The notes under the pieces were generated by a model that did no database searches, was not told the DNA's origin, and saw only the letters and a program-made list of their open reading frames with translations. From NCBI GenBank assembly GCA_963665115.1, contig OY762007.1:1024001-1088000 (forward strand): DNA of 64,000 bases, in the 5' to 3' direction. Source of the stretch: an uncultured Rivularia sp. GTDB taxonomy: Bacteria; Cyanobacteriota; Cyanobacteriia; Cyanobacteriales; Nostocaceae. How positions within the stretch are numbered: position 1 is the first letter of the stretch; each line of letters opens with the position of its first letter. This document shows positions 41,397 to 52,688 of the stretch, piece after piece. The translations under genes were made by a program, and so were the position numbers.

Positions 41397-44300
41397 ATGG
41401 CTGAAGAACAAGTTAATTTAAAAGACGCATACGTTATCGGAAAAGATAACTTTGCAGCGTGGAGTACGGGCTTAGATGAAAACGACTCCCCATTTGATCT
41501 TGAAGAATATTTAAAAGTATTACCCCACCCTGACGAGAAAGTTGTTTTTAAAGACCCCTTCCTCGATTGGCAGCAAGATCATAAAAATGGAGAATTTAAA
41601 GAGAAAGGTGACGCTGGAACTTACTATTCCAGTTGGGGCCCTGACGAGGTATTAGATGTCACCTTGAATATGTCTGAACTTTCGGAAGTGGAAATCGAAG
41701 GTTTGGGGCTTATAAAAGCAGGAGATGGAGTTATACCTTGGTATGACAATAAAGCCACACCCTACGAAATTTTCAGGGCTTATAACGGCATGGTGCCGGG
41801 TCCAATGATGATTACAGAGCCAGGGGATAAGCTGAGAATAACGCTTGTAAATGACCTAGACCATACAACTAACTTCCACACTCACGGGCTGCACGTATCA
41901 CCTTTGGGTCATGGAGATAATGTTCTTTTTGGATTAGCTCAAGGAGAAACCTGGGAAGTAGAAATTGATATCCCAGAAGACCATTTCATCGGAACTGACT
42001 GGTATCACCCCCACCTGCATGGGGAAACAAATCTAGACGTAGCTTCTGGGTTGAATGGTGTATTGCTGATAAACCCCCCACACGACCTTCCCGATCTCGA
42101 TAAACAAGATCCCACACAAAGACCTTCATTTGTCATGGCTATTAATAGCTTTGGCATTCAGCAAGTAGATAGGCAAGGTCAACCAGATGATCCCCTGAAT
42201 ACAGATATTAGTAAAGCAGTTCCTGCGGGTACGCCTTTAGAAGTATTCGTAGAAGAAAATGGTCAGAAAGTTTATGAGTTATCGGACGCACCTTTTATAG
42301 GCTATAACGCTAAGCCCGAAGGCTACAATCCTGCATTTCCTGCTGGAGACGGCGGATTTTCCCCTGCATATGGAGAAGCTGGTTTAGCTGAACCTGTAGA
42401 AAATATTATTCATACCGTCAACGGTCAATACAACCCGACTCTAGATTTAACGACTGGTGAATGGAATTTGTTCTCCTTCGGTAATTTCAGCGTCAATTCC
42501 TTCCACACAATCCAATTGGTGAAAGAGGAAGACGATGGTTCTCTCACACCTGTGGAAGTTAATTTAGTCGCAATTGATGGTGATGCTGCTGGGGTAGTAG
42601 AAGGCGTAAGAAGACAGATTACACAATTTCCGCTGCTAAATCCCGGATCTCGGACATCTATTCAACACTGGTTTGAGGAACCCGGTAAATATTACCTGCT
42701 AACTAATGCAACGGAAGAAATTCTTGGCGATGATGCCCCAATTTTGACTAAGGAGAAAGGGTTTAATGATGGTCACTTGATTTGGGGTTCCCAAGTTCTA
42801 GCAACAATGGAAGTGACTGGAGAGTCAATTCCAACTGGCGATTTCCCCGAAGCCTACGACAGTTTAACAGAGCAAAGTCAAGAAATTAACGAACTTGTTA
42901 CGGCGGCACAGAACGACGAATTTGATAAAGAACGTACTTTTGAATGGTCGGCTAACGTCGGTGGTGCACTCATTCAAGGTAATTTTCCCGATGACGCGGA
43001 TGTAACAAGTTTCGAGGGAGTCTATACAATCAACGGGGAATATTATTCTAGTGAAGCTGGTGGTGGTATGCCCCCGCTAACTATGCCAATGTTGGGTACG
43101 ACGGAGGTATGGAACGTCGTCAACTCATCGGGAATTAGTGATGAAGATTTGGCTGAAATTGAACTTTTTCCTGGTTTCACTGCTGATATTCCTTTATTAG
43201 AATGGCATCCCTTCCACATTCATCAGAATGATTTTATTGTTTTAGAAATCAACGGCATCCCAGTTGAGGATATTGAGCAAAACTACCTTGCTGGTGTATT
43301 AAGCGATACGCTTGCCTTGCCTCCGAGTCACGAACCTGGCACAGCAACTCCAGAAAATCCCTACGGTATAGCACAGTTCAACGGCGATCCATCGGTTGTC
43401 AGAATCTTGATGGAATTTGAGGATTTTCCTGGTAGTTACGTGAATCATTGCCATATTCTTTTCCATGAAGACGCAGGAATGATGGCGGTTGTCCGAGTAA
43501 TTCTAAATACAGAGGATACTTGGCTTGGTGCGGGGGTCGAATAATAATGGAACTGTAGAGTTATTCAAAGCTAGCAATACACAAGATGGTATTGTGCTAA
43601 ATGCTTACGGTCAAAACTTCACAGGAGAAATTGACCTTGATATTGCTGATGTTAGTCACAAAAAGCCTTTAGCAGAAGATAACTACTATGTAACAGATAA
43701 CGTTACTGACGTAGTAACCATACAACGTTCCTTAGAAAAAGCTGGGGATAAATTTACAGTCAAAATCTTTGATGGTGCGACTTTATTTGAACAGCAAGAA
43801 CAAGGAAATCAAAAACTTGATGGTGAGAATAAAGAACTGCTAATTGAAGATTTTAATCCCTTCAAAGGAATTCAGGTATCTTCCGAACAAAAAGCATCAG
43901 TTGCAACAGGCGATTTAAATGGGGATGGATTTGGTGATATAGTAGTAGGCTTGGGTGGCGGAACTTCTCCATTACTTGAAATATACAGTGGTAAAGATTA
44001 CCGCTTACTTACCAAGATTAATTCCTTTCATCACGAAGATGATTTCACTGGCACCATCAACCTCGCTGTAGGTGATGCGGATGGGGATAACTTTGACGAT
44101 ATCATTGTTGGTCAAGGTAGTGGCGGAAAAGGTCTGGTAGAAATTTACAGTGGTATCGAAATTGACAAACTAATCCGTAACGGTCAAGCAATAAGCCTTG
44201 ATGGTACAGAGGTAGCGCATGAAACCTCTTTGCTGGAAGAAGAATTTCAACCCTACGGTGATTCTTACACTGGAGAAGTAGAAGTAACATCTGGCTACGT

Positions 44301-45807
44301 ACTTCAAACACCCGATTCTCCCAACGGCGAGCGTTCTCAAACCAATAATGCTAACGTTACAACATTGGCAGTTGGTGATGTACCTGATGGTCATGAAAAG
44401 ATAAAGATACATACTTTTCTTGGGGGACATCACGCAGGACATGGAAGTGATGCAGATGATGAAAGTCATTCAGGAGATGATTCTATGGAAATGGATGACT
44501 CCATGGAAATGGATGATTCTATGGAAATGGATGACTCTATGGACATGGATGATTCCGTAGAAATGCGTGTTGATAAAGAATTTACTCCCGATGGAGATAT
44601 TACAGAACTTTCTGGAAGTTTCGCGGATATAGATGGAGTAAGAGGTGAAGGAGTTATATTTGCTCGTCAAGCAGAGGGTGACTATCAATTAATTAACCTT
44701 GAAGACAAGAATGAAGAGGAATTAATAGTCATTGAGTCGATGCTCGCTTCAGTAGAAGAACCAGAAAATCCATTAGTAGCTCCCAAACTGAAGAAAAACA
44801 ATGATAAAGGTATCTTTACCATCCAAGGAAGTCAAACCAAAGTCAAACTAAAAATTAGTCTTACAGAACGTAGTTCTAAAACAGTGAACGAACTGGGAGT
44901 ATTTTTTGTTGATGATGCAGATGGTAATATTGATGGTATTGCTCCTGGAGCATCCGGCTATACTCAAGCAGCTTTAAGACGCTCTAAAGTAGCTTTTTCA
45001 GCGATTGCTAATAATCCTAATGGATTCAATCCTCAAAATCTGACACGGTTACTAGAATTTGATTCTGGTCAAAATGTCAGGTTCGTGTTTGTAAGAAACA
45101 GCACTATTGATATAGCATTATCTGAAACAACAACCAGCAGCGAAGTATTGTTTGCCGATGCTTCTACGCTACAAACTACTGAGTTAAGCGAAGACGAATT
45201 TTCTTTAGCTTGGAAGGATGGTTCTGGCAACAACACAGATTTCAAGGATTTAGTCGTCAAGATTAAAGCAACCGATGATGAATTACCTCTAGGTACGAAT
45301 TTGCAAGGAGATATAGAAGTTCTCGATTTTAGGAATGTCACCACACAAATAAAAGCTGAGTTTATAGTCAACAGAGAAGCAGCTTTTGACAATGAAGTAC
45401 ATTTTTACAAAATCGCTAACGAAGCAGGTGGTATCGATATTGATGGGGATGGTACCGTTGATTTACTACCTGGGGATGAAGGTTATATTAAAGCTGCTAT
45501 CGATGGAGTTGTAGCAGATATTGACCTTAGCGTAAGTAATCAAGGAACGGCGACTTATACAGGAACTTTCGACCCGAACAACTTATTTGCACCATTACTT
45601 ATTGCCAATGGTGGGCAAGAAGAATTTTTAGATGAGGATACTAGTAACGATCCAGAAGTTTACTTTGCATTCTTGGGAGCTAACCCAGGCAATGCAGATC
45701 ACGTTCGCTTGTTAGCTGATAATACTTTTGGATTTGAAGATTTACCAGGTGGTGGCGATTTGGATTATAACGACATCACCGTGCAAGTAAAAGTGAGTTT
45801 GACGTAG
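41397..45807 (+). CDS. Large multicopper oxidase with FG-GAP repeats, His/Met-rich linker and C-terminal DUF4114; split by a +1 frameshift at GGGGG 43532-43536
   Basis: HTHG, WYHPH, HPFHIH and HCHILFHEDAGMM Cu ligands; GDLNGDGFGDIVVG and GDADGDNFDDIIVG; FGFEDLPGGGDLDYND; AGGAG RBS. Confidence 0.85.
44476..44565 (+). repeat. Five 18-bp coding tandem repeats (DDSMEM)
   Basis: GATGAYTCYATGGAAATG x5 with variants. Confidence 0.95.
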
Positions 45808-45835
45808 TTCTGAAAAAATTTAGAAATAACAAGAT

Positions 45836-45876
45836 TAACGCAAGCCCTCCTTAAAAAGAGCTTGCGTTAGTTTTTA
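45836..45876 (+). terminator. Intrinsic terminator
   Basis: TAACGCAAGC...GCTTGCGTTA followed by GTTTTTT. Confidence 0.75.
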
Positions 45877-46312
45877 TAGCTGCACGGACAATCCTTGCTC
45901 TGACTTCTAGCTTAGAGAGAGAGAATGATAAGTACTTAGACAAAATTAATTGTAGATCCACTCACTATAGGTGACTCTAAGCTTAATAAGCGTGCCATTT
46001 GTCTATAGGATTACGTTGTGTGTATCCTAACAAACATGCTAACGCTAGCCGCTAAAGAGCCGGATATAGTCACGTTATTTTTTGCATAAGTCCCGATCTA
46101 TTCAAACAAATGCTTAGATCTAAAAGTTGATAAAAGTTGATAGAAGTTGATATGTTTTTTGAATAATATTGACAATCAATCAATTTACAGCTTAAGAAAT
46201 AGTATATCCATTGAATAATAGCTACAAATAATGCAAAATTAGTTTTTATATTTACCAATATGGAGATGTCAATTTTCACTACTATTCAGAAGCATGATTA
46301 TGCAGGCACATT

Positions 46313-46417
46313 TACAGCAGATTTCATTTAAGTGAGGTACACATCGTTTCTAGAGGAAGTAGGGAGTAGGGAGTAGGGAGTAGGGAAATGTACCTCATAT
46401 ACCTGCAAAGTGCTTTA
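46313..46417. mobile_element. TA-flanked MITE containing (AGTAGGG)x4
   Basis: TACAGCA..TGCTTTA ends, internal TGAGGTACA/TGTACCTCA inverted repeat; matches 60561-60707 except for repeat number and one base. Confidence 0.85.
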
Positions 46418-46692
46418 TCAAGATTTTGCTGGTTCCCGTCAGAATATACTCTACTAAAATCAAATATGCTATATATTATATCTAAATAATTGGTAGCTCA
46501 TAAATTGACGATAGCCTATAGAGTAAATAAATTGCCTTGTTTCTTGATTTCTCTATTCATTGATTAAACTACCTACAAAGATAAAAAATATTTAAAAGCA
46601 AAAATATTAATCTTATTTCCTGATTTTTATTTTTTAATATAAGCTATTGAAATATAACATCTTGGTTTTAAATATAATAAATTAATTAACTG

Positions 46693-46731
46693 TAAAATAA
46701 ACGTGACATTCTGTTCCAGTGTGATTAAACT
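46693..46731 (+). promoter_or_regulatory. Duplicated promoter, copy A (upstream of the ABM gene)
   Basis: TAAAATAAACGTGACATTCTG identical to 47710-47730; GTGACA-17-TAAACT. Confidence 0.7.
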
Positions 46732-46964
46732 GGAGTGAAGAGAATAGTGCATAGCGTCATGATATAAAACAAATTTTATTTGAATAAGCATATCAATTTA
46801 TTGCCGTCGTTTTGTACTAATACAAACGAACAAGGGAGAACCAAGAAATAAACTGTTCTACCCTTTTATTCTCTTTAAGTGCCTTAAATGAATCGCCCTT
46901 CTTTTTTTTTTCAAACCAAAATCATACATTAGACTCAAGTAATTAGGAATTATCAGGAGTAATA

Positions 46965-47303
46965 ATGACTACTACAATCAGCGAAAAAGATAGTGTACTT
47001 ACTGTAATTAATATCTTTACAGTTAAACCAGACCAGCAGAAGCAATTAGTAGAACACCTAGTAAGTAATCTCGAAACAGCTAAGAAGCAACCAGGCTTCA
47101 TATCTGCTAATATTCATCAAAGTTTGGACGGTACGCGGGTTGTTAATTATGCTCAATGGAGTAGCCAAGAATCGTTAGAATCAGCTCTTCAAAACCAGGA
47201 ATTTATGGGTCCAGTAAAAAAGGCTGTAGAGTTTCCTCATGAGTTCCATCGATACGAAGTCGTCTCCACAATTCAAGCGGAAAAGGTAACTTCTGTGCAT
47301 TAA
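46965..47303 (+). CDS. Antibiotic biosynthesis monooxygenase (ABM) family protein
   Basis: VINIFTV, QPGFISANIHQSLDGTRVVNYAQW; AGGAG RBS. Confidence 0.92.
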   Translation: MTTTISEKDSVLTVINIFTVKPDQQKQLVEHLVSNLETAKKQPGFISANIHQSLDGTRVVNYAQWSSQESLESALQNQEFMGPVKKAVEFPHEFHRYEVVSTIQAEKVTSVH

Positions 47304-47709
47304 GATAGAACACTCACTAATTCAATTTGACAGATATAGTGGTTTGAGTTCGATACAATAACCCCCATGCTTCCGGCACTTTTTTTATTAAGTAAAGATA
47401 TAAAGTTTGCCAGAGTAAGTGTATTAAACTCAAGAAAAAAGTGCGATGTTTGTCTAAAATGAGTACGATTCACTTCCGCATGGATTTTCAACTATCCCCT
47501 ACTTGAAAGCTAGGGGCTTATTTTTATCCAAAATTCTAAACTAGTGCATTCGGTATAAAGAAGTAACTCATTCCAAATAGATAAAATGCTTGCTATATAA
47601 GCATTTTGAATGTTTAAATTTGAATGAATTTGTGTTGTACTAATGGTATGCTCTGCAAACTATGCCGGGTAAATAATAGTAACAAAAAGTTATTTTCAAG
47701 AATTAACAA

Positions 47710-47748
47710 TAAAATAAACGTGACATTCTGCTCTAATATTATTAGACT
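47710..47748 (+). promoter_or_regulatory. Duplicated promoter, copy B (upstream of the CDF gene)
   Basis: GTGACA-17-TAGACT with the same 21-bp block as copy A. Confidence 0.7.
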
Positions 47749-47940
47749 AGTGTGAAGACAATAATTAATTGTGTTAATTTTATGTAAATTAAGCTTGATT
47801 TGAATAAGTATTTTACGTAAGTTTCATCATCTAATTGACGCAGAGACTTATTCAAAGTTCTCCATCGCGTAAGCCTGCAAATTATAACTTTAAGAAAGTC
47901 TAAGTTCCCAAACTGATGACTAAATACATAACCCTTGTCT

Positions 47941-48867
47941 ATGAATACTCAGCGTCTCGAAAAGTTTGGAATTAACCTATCTATTTTTGGCTCTTTATCT
48001 ATGGCTATCTTGGGCATCTCTTATGGATTGTATATAGAGTCCGCAGCGGTGATGCTCGATGGCTTCTTTAACATCATTAGTTTTTCAATGGCATTAGCCA
48101 CCAAATGGATTTCTTGGCTTGTGCAACGTCCGGAGGGGAATACTTTCCAGTTTGGCTATAAAGGTACTGTACCCTTGCTTAACCTTTGCAAAGGGCTATT
48201 AATTGGTGGACTCTCCGTGTTTGCCTTTATTTCTGCAATTGGTGCATTATTGCATGGTGGAAGAGAGCTTAATGCAGGTTCGGCGGTAATTTATGCTGCA
48301 ATTGCAGCGTCAGTAGGTTTGTTAATCTCGGTAACGCAAACTGCGATCGCCAAAAAAACTGGCTCTCCAATAGTTCGTGTAGATGCTCAGAATTGGATGA
48401 TTAACGGGTTCATCAGTCTTTGTGTTGGGTTGGCTTTCGGTATTGTCACTCTGATTCAAAATACTCCATTATCTTGGTTTGTTCCCTATGCAGATTCTAC
48501 GCTTGTAACTGTCCTAGTAGTACTTGCTTTTCCTATGCCAGCCAAAGTTGTGATGGAAAGCATCAAGCAGCTTTTATTAGGTGCTCCTGAAGCAGATATA
48601 CAACAACGAGTTAATCGAGTCGTTGAAGATACAACGACTAAATTTCCTTGTGCTAGCCATTGTTTGAGAATGACTCAAGCCGGACAGGATATATATTTGC
48701 ATCTTCACTGGTTGTTTCCTCAAGAAGAGAAGCTAACAACTATTGAAACAGTAGATACAATGCGCGATAAAATCACCCATATTGTCATTCAGGAAATTCC
48801 CACCGCAACTCTTGATATAATTTTTACCCAGGATGAAAAATGGTTTGGAATGATTAATCCTCAATAA
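47941..48867 (+). CDS. Cation diffusion facilitator (CDF) family transporter
   Basis: SAAVMLDG, FQFGY and PYADS motifs; 6 TM segments and a cytoplasmic C-terminal domain. Confidence 0.88.
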   Translation: MNTQRLEKFGINLSIFGSLSMAILGISYGLYIESAAVMLDGFFNIISFSMALATKWISWLVQRPEGNTFQFGYKGTVPLLNLCKGLLIGGLSVFAFISAIGALLHGGRELNAGSAVIYAAIAASVGLLISVTQTAIAKKTGSPIVRVDAQNWMINGFISLCVGLAFGIVTLIQNTPLSWFVPYADSTLVTVLVVLAFPMPAKVVMESIKQLLLGAPEADIQQRVNRVVEDTTTKFPCASHCLRMTQAGQDIYLHLHWLFPQEEKLTTIETVDTMRDKITHIVIQEIPTATLDIIFTQDEKWFGMINPQ

Positions 48868-48895
48868 ATAGATGATTTAACAAAAAATTAAACAA

Positions 48896-50875
48896 ATGTT
48901 CCAATTTAGAAATTTAGCGGCTAATCAAATTTTAGCTATCTGCGTAATTCCTGTTTTATCACTTATTACTAGTATCAATCAATCTAAGGCTGAAACAGTA
49001 GATAGTTCAGTTATTAACCAATCATTAAGAACTTCGGCAGTTTCAAAAAATAATCCAAGTTCAGAACGTTTAATCAAGATTCTTAAAACTAAGACTAAAA
49101 CTAATAAAAATAATCTGACTTCTGTTACTATTTCAAATAAAAAGCAAGTTGTTACTAAAGAGAGCATCTTGTTCGACAATAAAAATAACGACCATACTTC
49201 TAAATCTAAGTCCTTAAAAAGATTTGATAATCATTTTAAGGAATCTCAAACACAATTTATAGAAGTAAATCCTCACATAAACCGACTTTTACCTCATAAA
49301 TCTACTGTAGAATCGAATGCAGACGTTATCGAATCTATCGAACTTAACAGCACTAAGAAGATTGCCAATAATCCTATGGGGCAAGTTAATAGTGTTTCTC
49401 AGTTTGCTGACGTGCAACCTAGCGACTGGGCATTTCAAGCTTTGCAATCTCTGGTAGAGCGCTATGGTTGTATTGCAGGTTATCCCAATGGTAGTTTTCG
49501 CGGCAATCGTGCGATGACTCGTTATGAATTTGCTGCGGGGTTAAATTCTTGTGTAGATAGAATAAATGAATTAATCGCAACTGCAACTTCTGAGGTAGTG
49601 AGTCAAGAAGACTTAGCGGCTTTAAATCGTTTGGAAACAGAATTTACAACCGAATTAACGAGCTTACGCGGTCGGGTGGATGCTTTAGAAGCACGTACTG
49701 CTGATTTAGAAGCAAATCAATTTTCCACTACCACTAGGCTTTTAGGGAATGTAACTCTGCAAACGAATAGTTATTTTTCAGGAGATGGCGACCCGCAAAC
49801 TACAATTCAATCTCTTGCTTTTCTTGGTTTATTAACTAGCTTTACTGGTCGAGATTTATTGCTAACGGGTATAGCTACTACAAACACAACTTTTCCCGAT
49901 TTGGCCACAACTAATAACGGCAGAGATGTTGGTTCTACAAGAGAAGGTGCGAGCGCTAATTCCAGTCCCGGCGACCAAAACAATAGTTTCCGAATTGTTG
50001 GATTAGAGTATCAATTTCCCGTCACCGATAACTTAATGGTCGATTTGATTGCTGCAAATCGCTATCGTTTTAACCCCATTCAACTGAAAAAATTTGCGCC
50101 GTATTACGTTAGGGGTGTTGGACCTGTCAGCACTTTTGCCACCGCACCTCCTATATACCTGATTGGAGGAGGTTCGGGAATATCGGCTCGTTATAAACTG
50201 TTGGACTCAACCAGCATAAATATGAGCTATATCGCATCTCCTGGCAGTATTTCAAGTTTAGGTGGATTATTTAACGGAGATTATATAGCCGCAGCAGAAA
50301 TTAACTATAATCCCAATCCTGGTTTATATTTACAATTCGCGTATCAACACGGTTACTTCGGTCCTGGTAATTTTGCTTTCAATAACGGTCAAAGTTTTAG
50401 AGATAATGGTTTTATTGGTAGTGCTTTAGCAAACCGCTTTGATAATGCTGGTGTTTTATTTGAAGACGCATCTGCTGTGAGTACTAACGCTTATTCGCTT
50501 GGTGGTTATTTCGCTATTAGCCCTGGAGTCACAATAGGCGGTTGGGCAAACCTAATAAAAGCTAGACTTCTTGGTAAAGGAGATGCCGATATTTGGTCTT
50601 ACTCGATTCAAGCTGCTTTTCCCGATTTGTTTAAAAAAGGAAATCACGGAGGCTTGATTGTAGGTATGGAACCTACTCTTACAGGTTTGAAAAGTAGTCT
50701 TGCCTCCGCAGATTTTAAGAATGATACGTCACTGCATATAGAAGCTTATTACACTCATCAGATATCGGATAAAATCTCTATAGCCCCTTCTATTACTTGG
50801 ATTACAGCACCAAACCAAGACCGAGATAATGAAGATATTGTTATTGGTGGACTAAGAACAACTTTCAGCTTTTGA
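48896..50875 (+). CDS. SLH-domain outer-membrane porin (cyanobacterial OprB/iron-uptake porin family)
   Basis: FADVQPSDWAFQALQSLVERYGC SLH domain, QFSTTT and terminal GLRTTFSF. Confidence 0.93.
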   Translation: MFQFRNLAANQILAICVIPVLSLITSINQSKAETVDSSVINQSLRTSAVSKNNPSSERLIKILKTKTKTNKNNLTSVTISNKKQVVTKESILFDNKNNDHTSKSKSLKRFDNHFKESQTQFIEVNPHINRLLPHKSTVESNADVIESIELNSTKKIANNPMGQVNSVSQFADVQPSDWAFQALQSLVERYGCIAGYPNGSFRGNRAMTRYEFAAGLNSCVDRINELIATATSEVVSQEDLAALNRLETEFTTELTSLRGRVDALEARTADLEANQFSTTTRLLGNVTLQTNSYFSGDGDPQTTIQSLAFLGLLTSFTGRDLLLTGIATTNTTFPDLATTNNGRDVGSTREGASANSSPGDQNNSFRIVGLEYQFPVTDNLMVDLIAANRYRFNPIQLKKFAPYYVRGVGPVSTFATAPPIYLIGGGSGISARYKLLDSTSINMSYIASPGSISSLGGLFNGDYIAAAEINYNPNPGLYLQFAYQHGYFGPGNFAFNNGQSFRDNGFIGSALANRFDNAGVLFEDASAVSTNAYSLGGYFAISPGVTIGGWANLIKARLLGKGDADIWSYSIQAAFPDLFKKGNHGGLIVGMEPTLTGLKSSLASADFKNDTSLHIEAYYTHQISDKISIAPSITWITAPNQDRDNEDIVIGGLRTTFSF

Positions 50876-50911
50876 CAATTGTAAATCTAAAATCTAAGAT
50901 CTAAAACTTAA

Positions 50912-51508
50912 ATGACTAATCAACCCGAAATTCTTGCTTTTGCAGGCAGCGTTCGCGAGGCATCTTTGAACAAAAAGCTTGTCCAAATTGCCGCTACAGG
51001 AGCTAAAGCCGCCGGTGCTGAGGTGACTTATATCGATCTCAAAGATTATCCGATGCCCTTATTCAATGAGGATTTGGAAGCGAAAGAGGGATTACCGCAA
51101 GCGGTTATTAAATTAAAAACATTAATGAAAGCCCATCAAGGGTTTCTTATTGCTTGTCCCGAGTACAACAGTTCTATTACTCCCTTACTCAAAAATACTA
51201 TTGATTGGGTATCGCGGCCTTCATCAGGGGAAGCACCAATGGCTTTAAGCTGCTTCCGAGGTAAGGTGGCTGCAATCATGGCAACTTCACCAGGTGGACT
51301 GGGAGGCTTGCGCGGATTAGTTCACCTGCGTTCTATCTTAGAAAGTATTGGCGTGCTTGTCATACCCGAACAAAAGGCTATAAGCAATGCATATCAAGCT
51401 CTTGATGATAACGGGCACCTGATAGATGTCAAACAAAAAGAGGCGATCGCGCTTATTGGTGCAAGGTTAACTGAAGTTACAGCGAAACTAAATGCTCTTA
51501 TTAACTAA
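50912..51508 (+). CDS. NADPH-dependent FMN reductase
   Basis: AGSVREAS.N, PEYNSSI..LLKN.IDW and SPGGLGG motifs. Confidence 0.93.
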   Translation: MTNQPEILAFAGSVREASLNKKLVQIAATGAKAAGAEVTYIDLKDYPMPLFNEDLEAKEGLPQAVIKLKTLMKAHQGFLIACPEYNSSITPLLKNTIDWVSRPSSGEAPMALSCFRGKVAAIMATSPGGLGGLRGLVHLRSILESIGVLVIPEQKAISNAYQALDDNGHLIDVKQKEAIALIGARLTEVTAKLNALIN

Positions 51509-51893
51509 TTGTTTTTACAATACTAAATAATGGCTGTAAATAGGCTAATAGCTTGCTTGATAAGTCAATAAGCGATGGAAAAGATTATTTATTATCAGCA
51601 AAAAAAGGTTTTATTGCTACCTCTATTGCACCTATGACGAATGGTAGTTATACTTAGCAAGTAATTGTAATAAGTTACATTTTATAAATATAAGTTGATG
51701 AATATAATCGCACAACTTATTTGTCAATATTTCATTTTCTTGTGACTCCTTAGTCAATTTATATATTTTTATCGTCATTCAATAGGCAATTACTATATGT
51801 GATTATTAAAAATAAAACGCTACATAGGCATCGGTTTTATTCGCTAATAAATCAATATGTACAAATGTTTGCGAATAAATGTACATAAAAAAA

Positions 51894-51922
51894 TTGCCGA
51901 ATTCTTTTTCCCAGTTTATGCT
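51894..51922 (+). promoter_or_regulatory. Candidate promoter for the CMD-EthD operon
   Basis: TTGCCG-17-TATGCT. Confidence 0.4.
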
Positions 51923-52141
51923 GGATGTTAAGTAAGTTTAGTCTTGCACTCTGAAGTAAAAATTACAATATAGAGTTAAGGTTATGTTCATTGCATTACT
52001 TACTCATATATCTGCGATGCATCAGAAGTAAGTCTTTTGCTAAATAATTAAGATTTTTCACACTTATCGGAAAATAACGCCAGCAACTGATTGCCAATTT
52101 CATTTTTTAGTAGTGAAAGCATTCGAGGAGGAATACATAAA

Positions 52142-52504
52142 ATGCAAGTGGAAAATAAGAAGTACGATAACGCGGTTTTGGATGATATCGAACTTCAAGA
52201 AGGTTTGAAACAGATAAATCCTAAATTCGGTGATTTTGTAACTCGGGTAGCTGGTGAAGCTTGGGGTTTACCTTTAATCGACCAAAAGACTAAGGCTTTG
52301 ATTACTATTGCTGTAGATATAGTTAATCAGGATCAGGTGGGACCGGGAAATCCTTTCGGCGCTCATGTAAATATGGCTCTCCAACAAGGAGCAACTCCGG
52401 CAGAAATTGAAGAATTACTATTGTTCATGTGCGTTTATGCTGGTTTCAATAAGGTTGCTGGTTGTTTTGGGATGCTAAACGAAGTTTTAGAAGCATCATC
52501 CTAA
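52142..52504 (+). CDS. Carboxymuconolactone decarboxylase (CMD) family protein
   Basis: AWG.PLIDQKTKALITIA, AHVNMAL..GAT..EIEE and VYAGF motifs; GAGGAGG RBS upstream of ATG 52142. Confidence 0.88.
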   Translation: MQVENKKYDNAVLDDIELQEGLKQINPKFGDFVTRVAGEAWGLPLIDQKTKALITIAVDIVNQDQVGPGNPFGAHVNMALQQGATPAEIEELLLFMCVYAGFNKVAGCFGMLNEVLEASS

Positions 52505-52688
52505 TCCGAATATAGCCATTACAGCAAGAGTGGAAGTATTAGGGCAACAGTAATATTTCTTAATTTAATCTTCTGTGATATCTGGCATGAAAATTTTTCT
52601 CCACCTGCGGGTTTTCTCAACAACTCCTTGATATTATTCAGGGTTAAACTTTTTTTGAATCGTAATCACATAAAAGGAGATTCTCAGA

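Noticed and set aside
43525..43544. Programmed ribosomal frameshift in the multicopper oxidase (and likewise in glgX)
   Set aside because: No slippery heptamer or stimulatory structure; the same +1 homopolymer pattern in four unrelated genes favours sequencing error
47799..47855. yybP-ykoY (Mn) riboswitch ahead of the CDF gene
   Set aside because: A stem and GAGAC are present, but the conserved GGGAGUAG and CAACAUAC-like elements are missing
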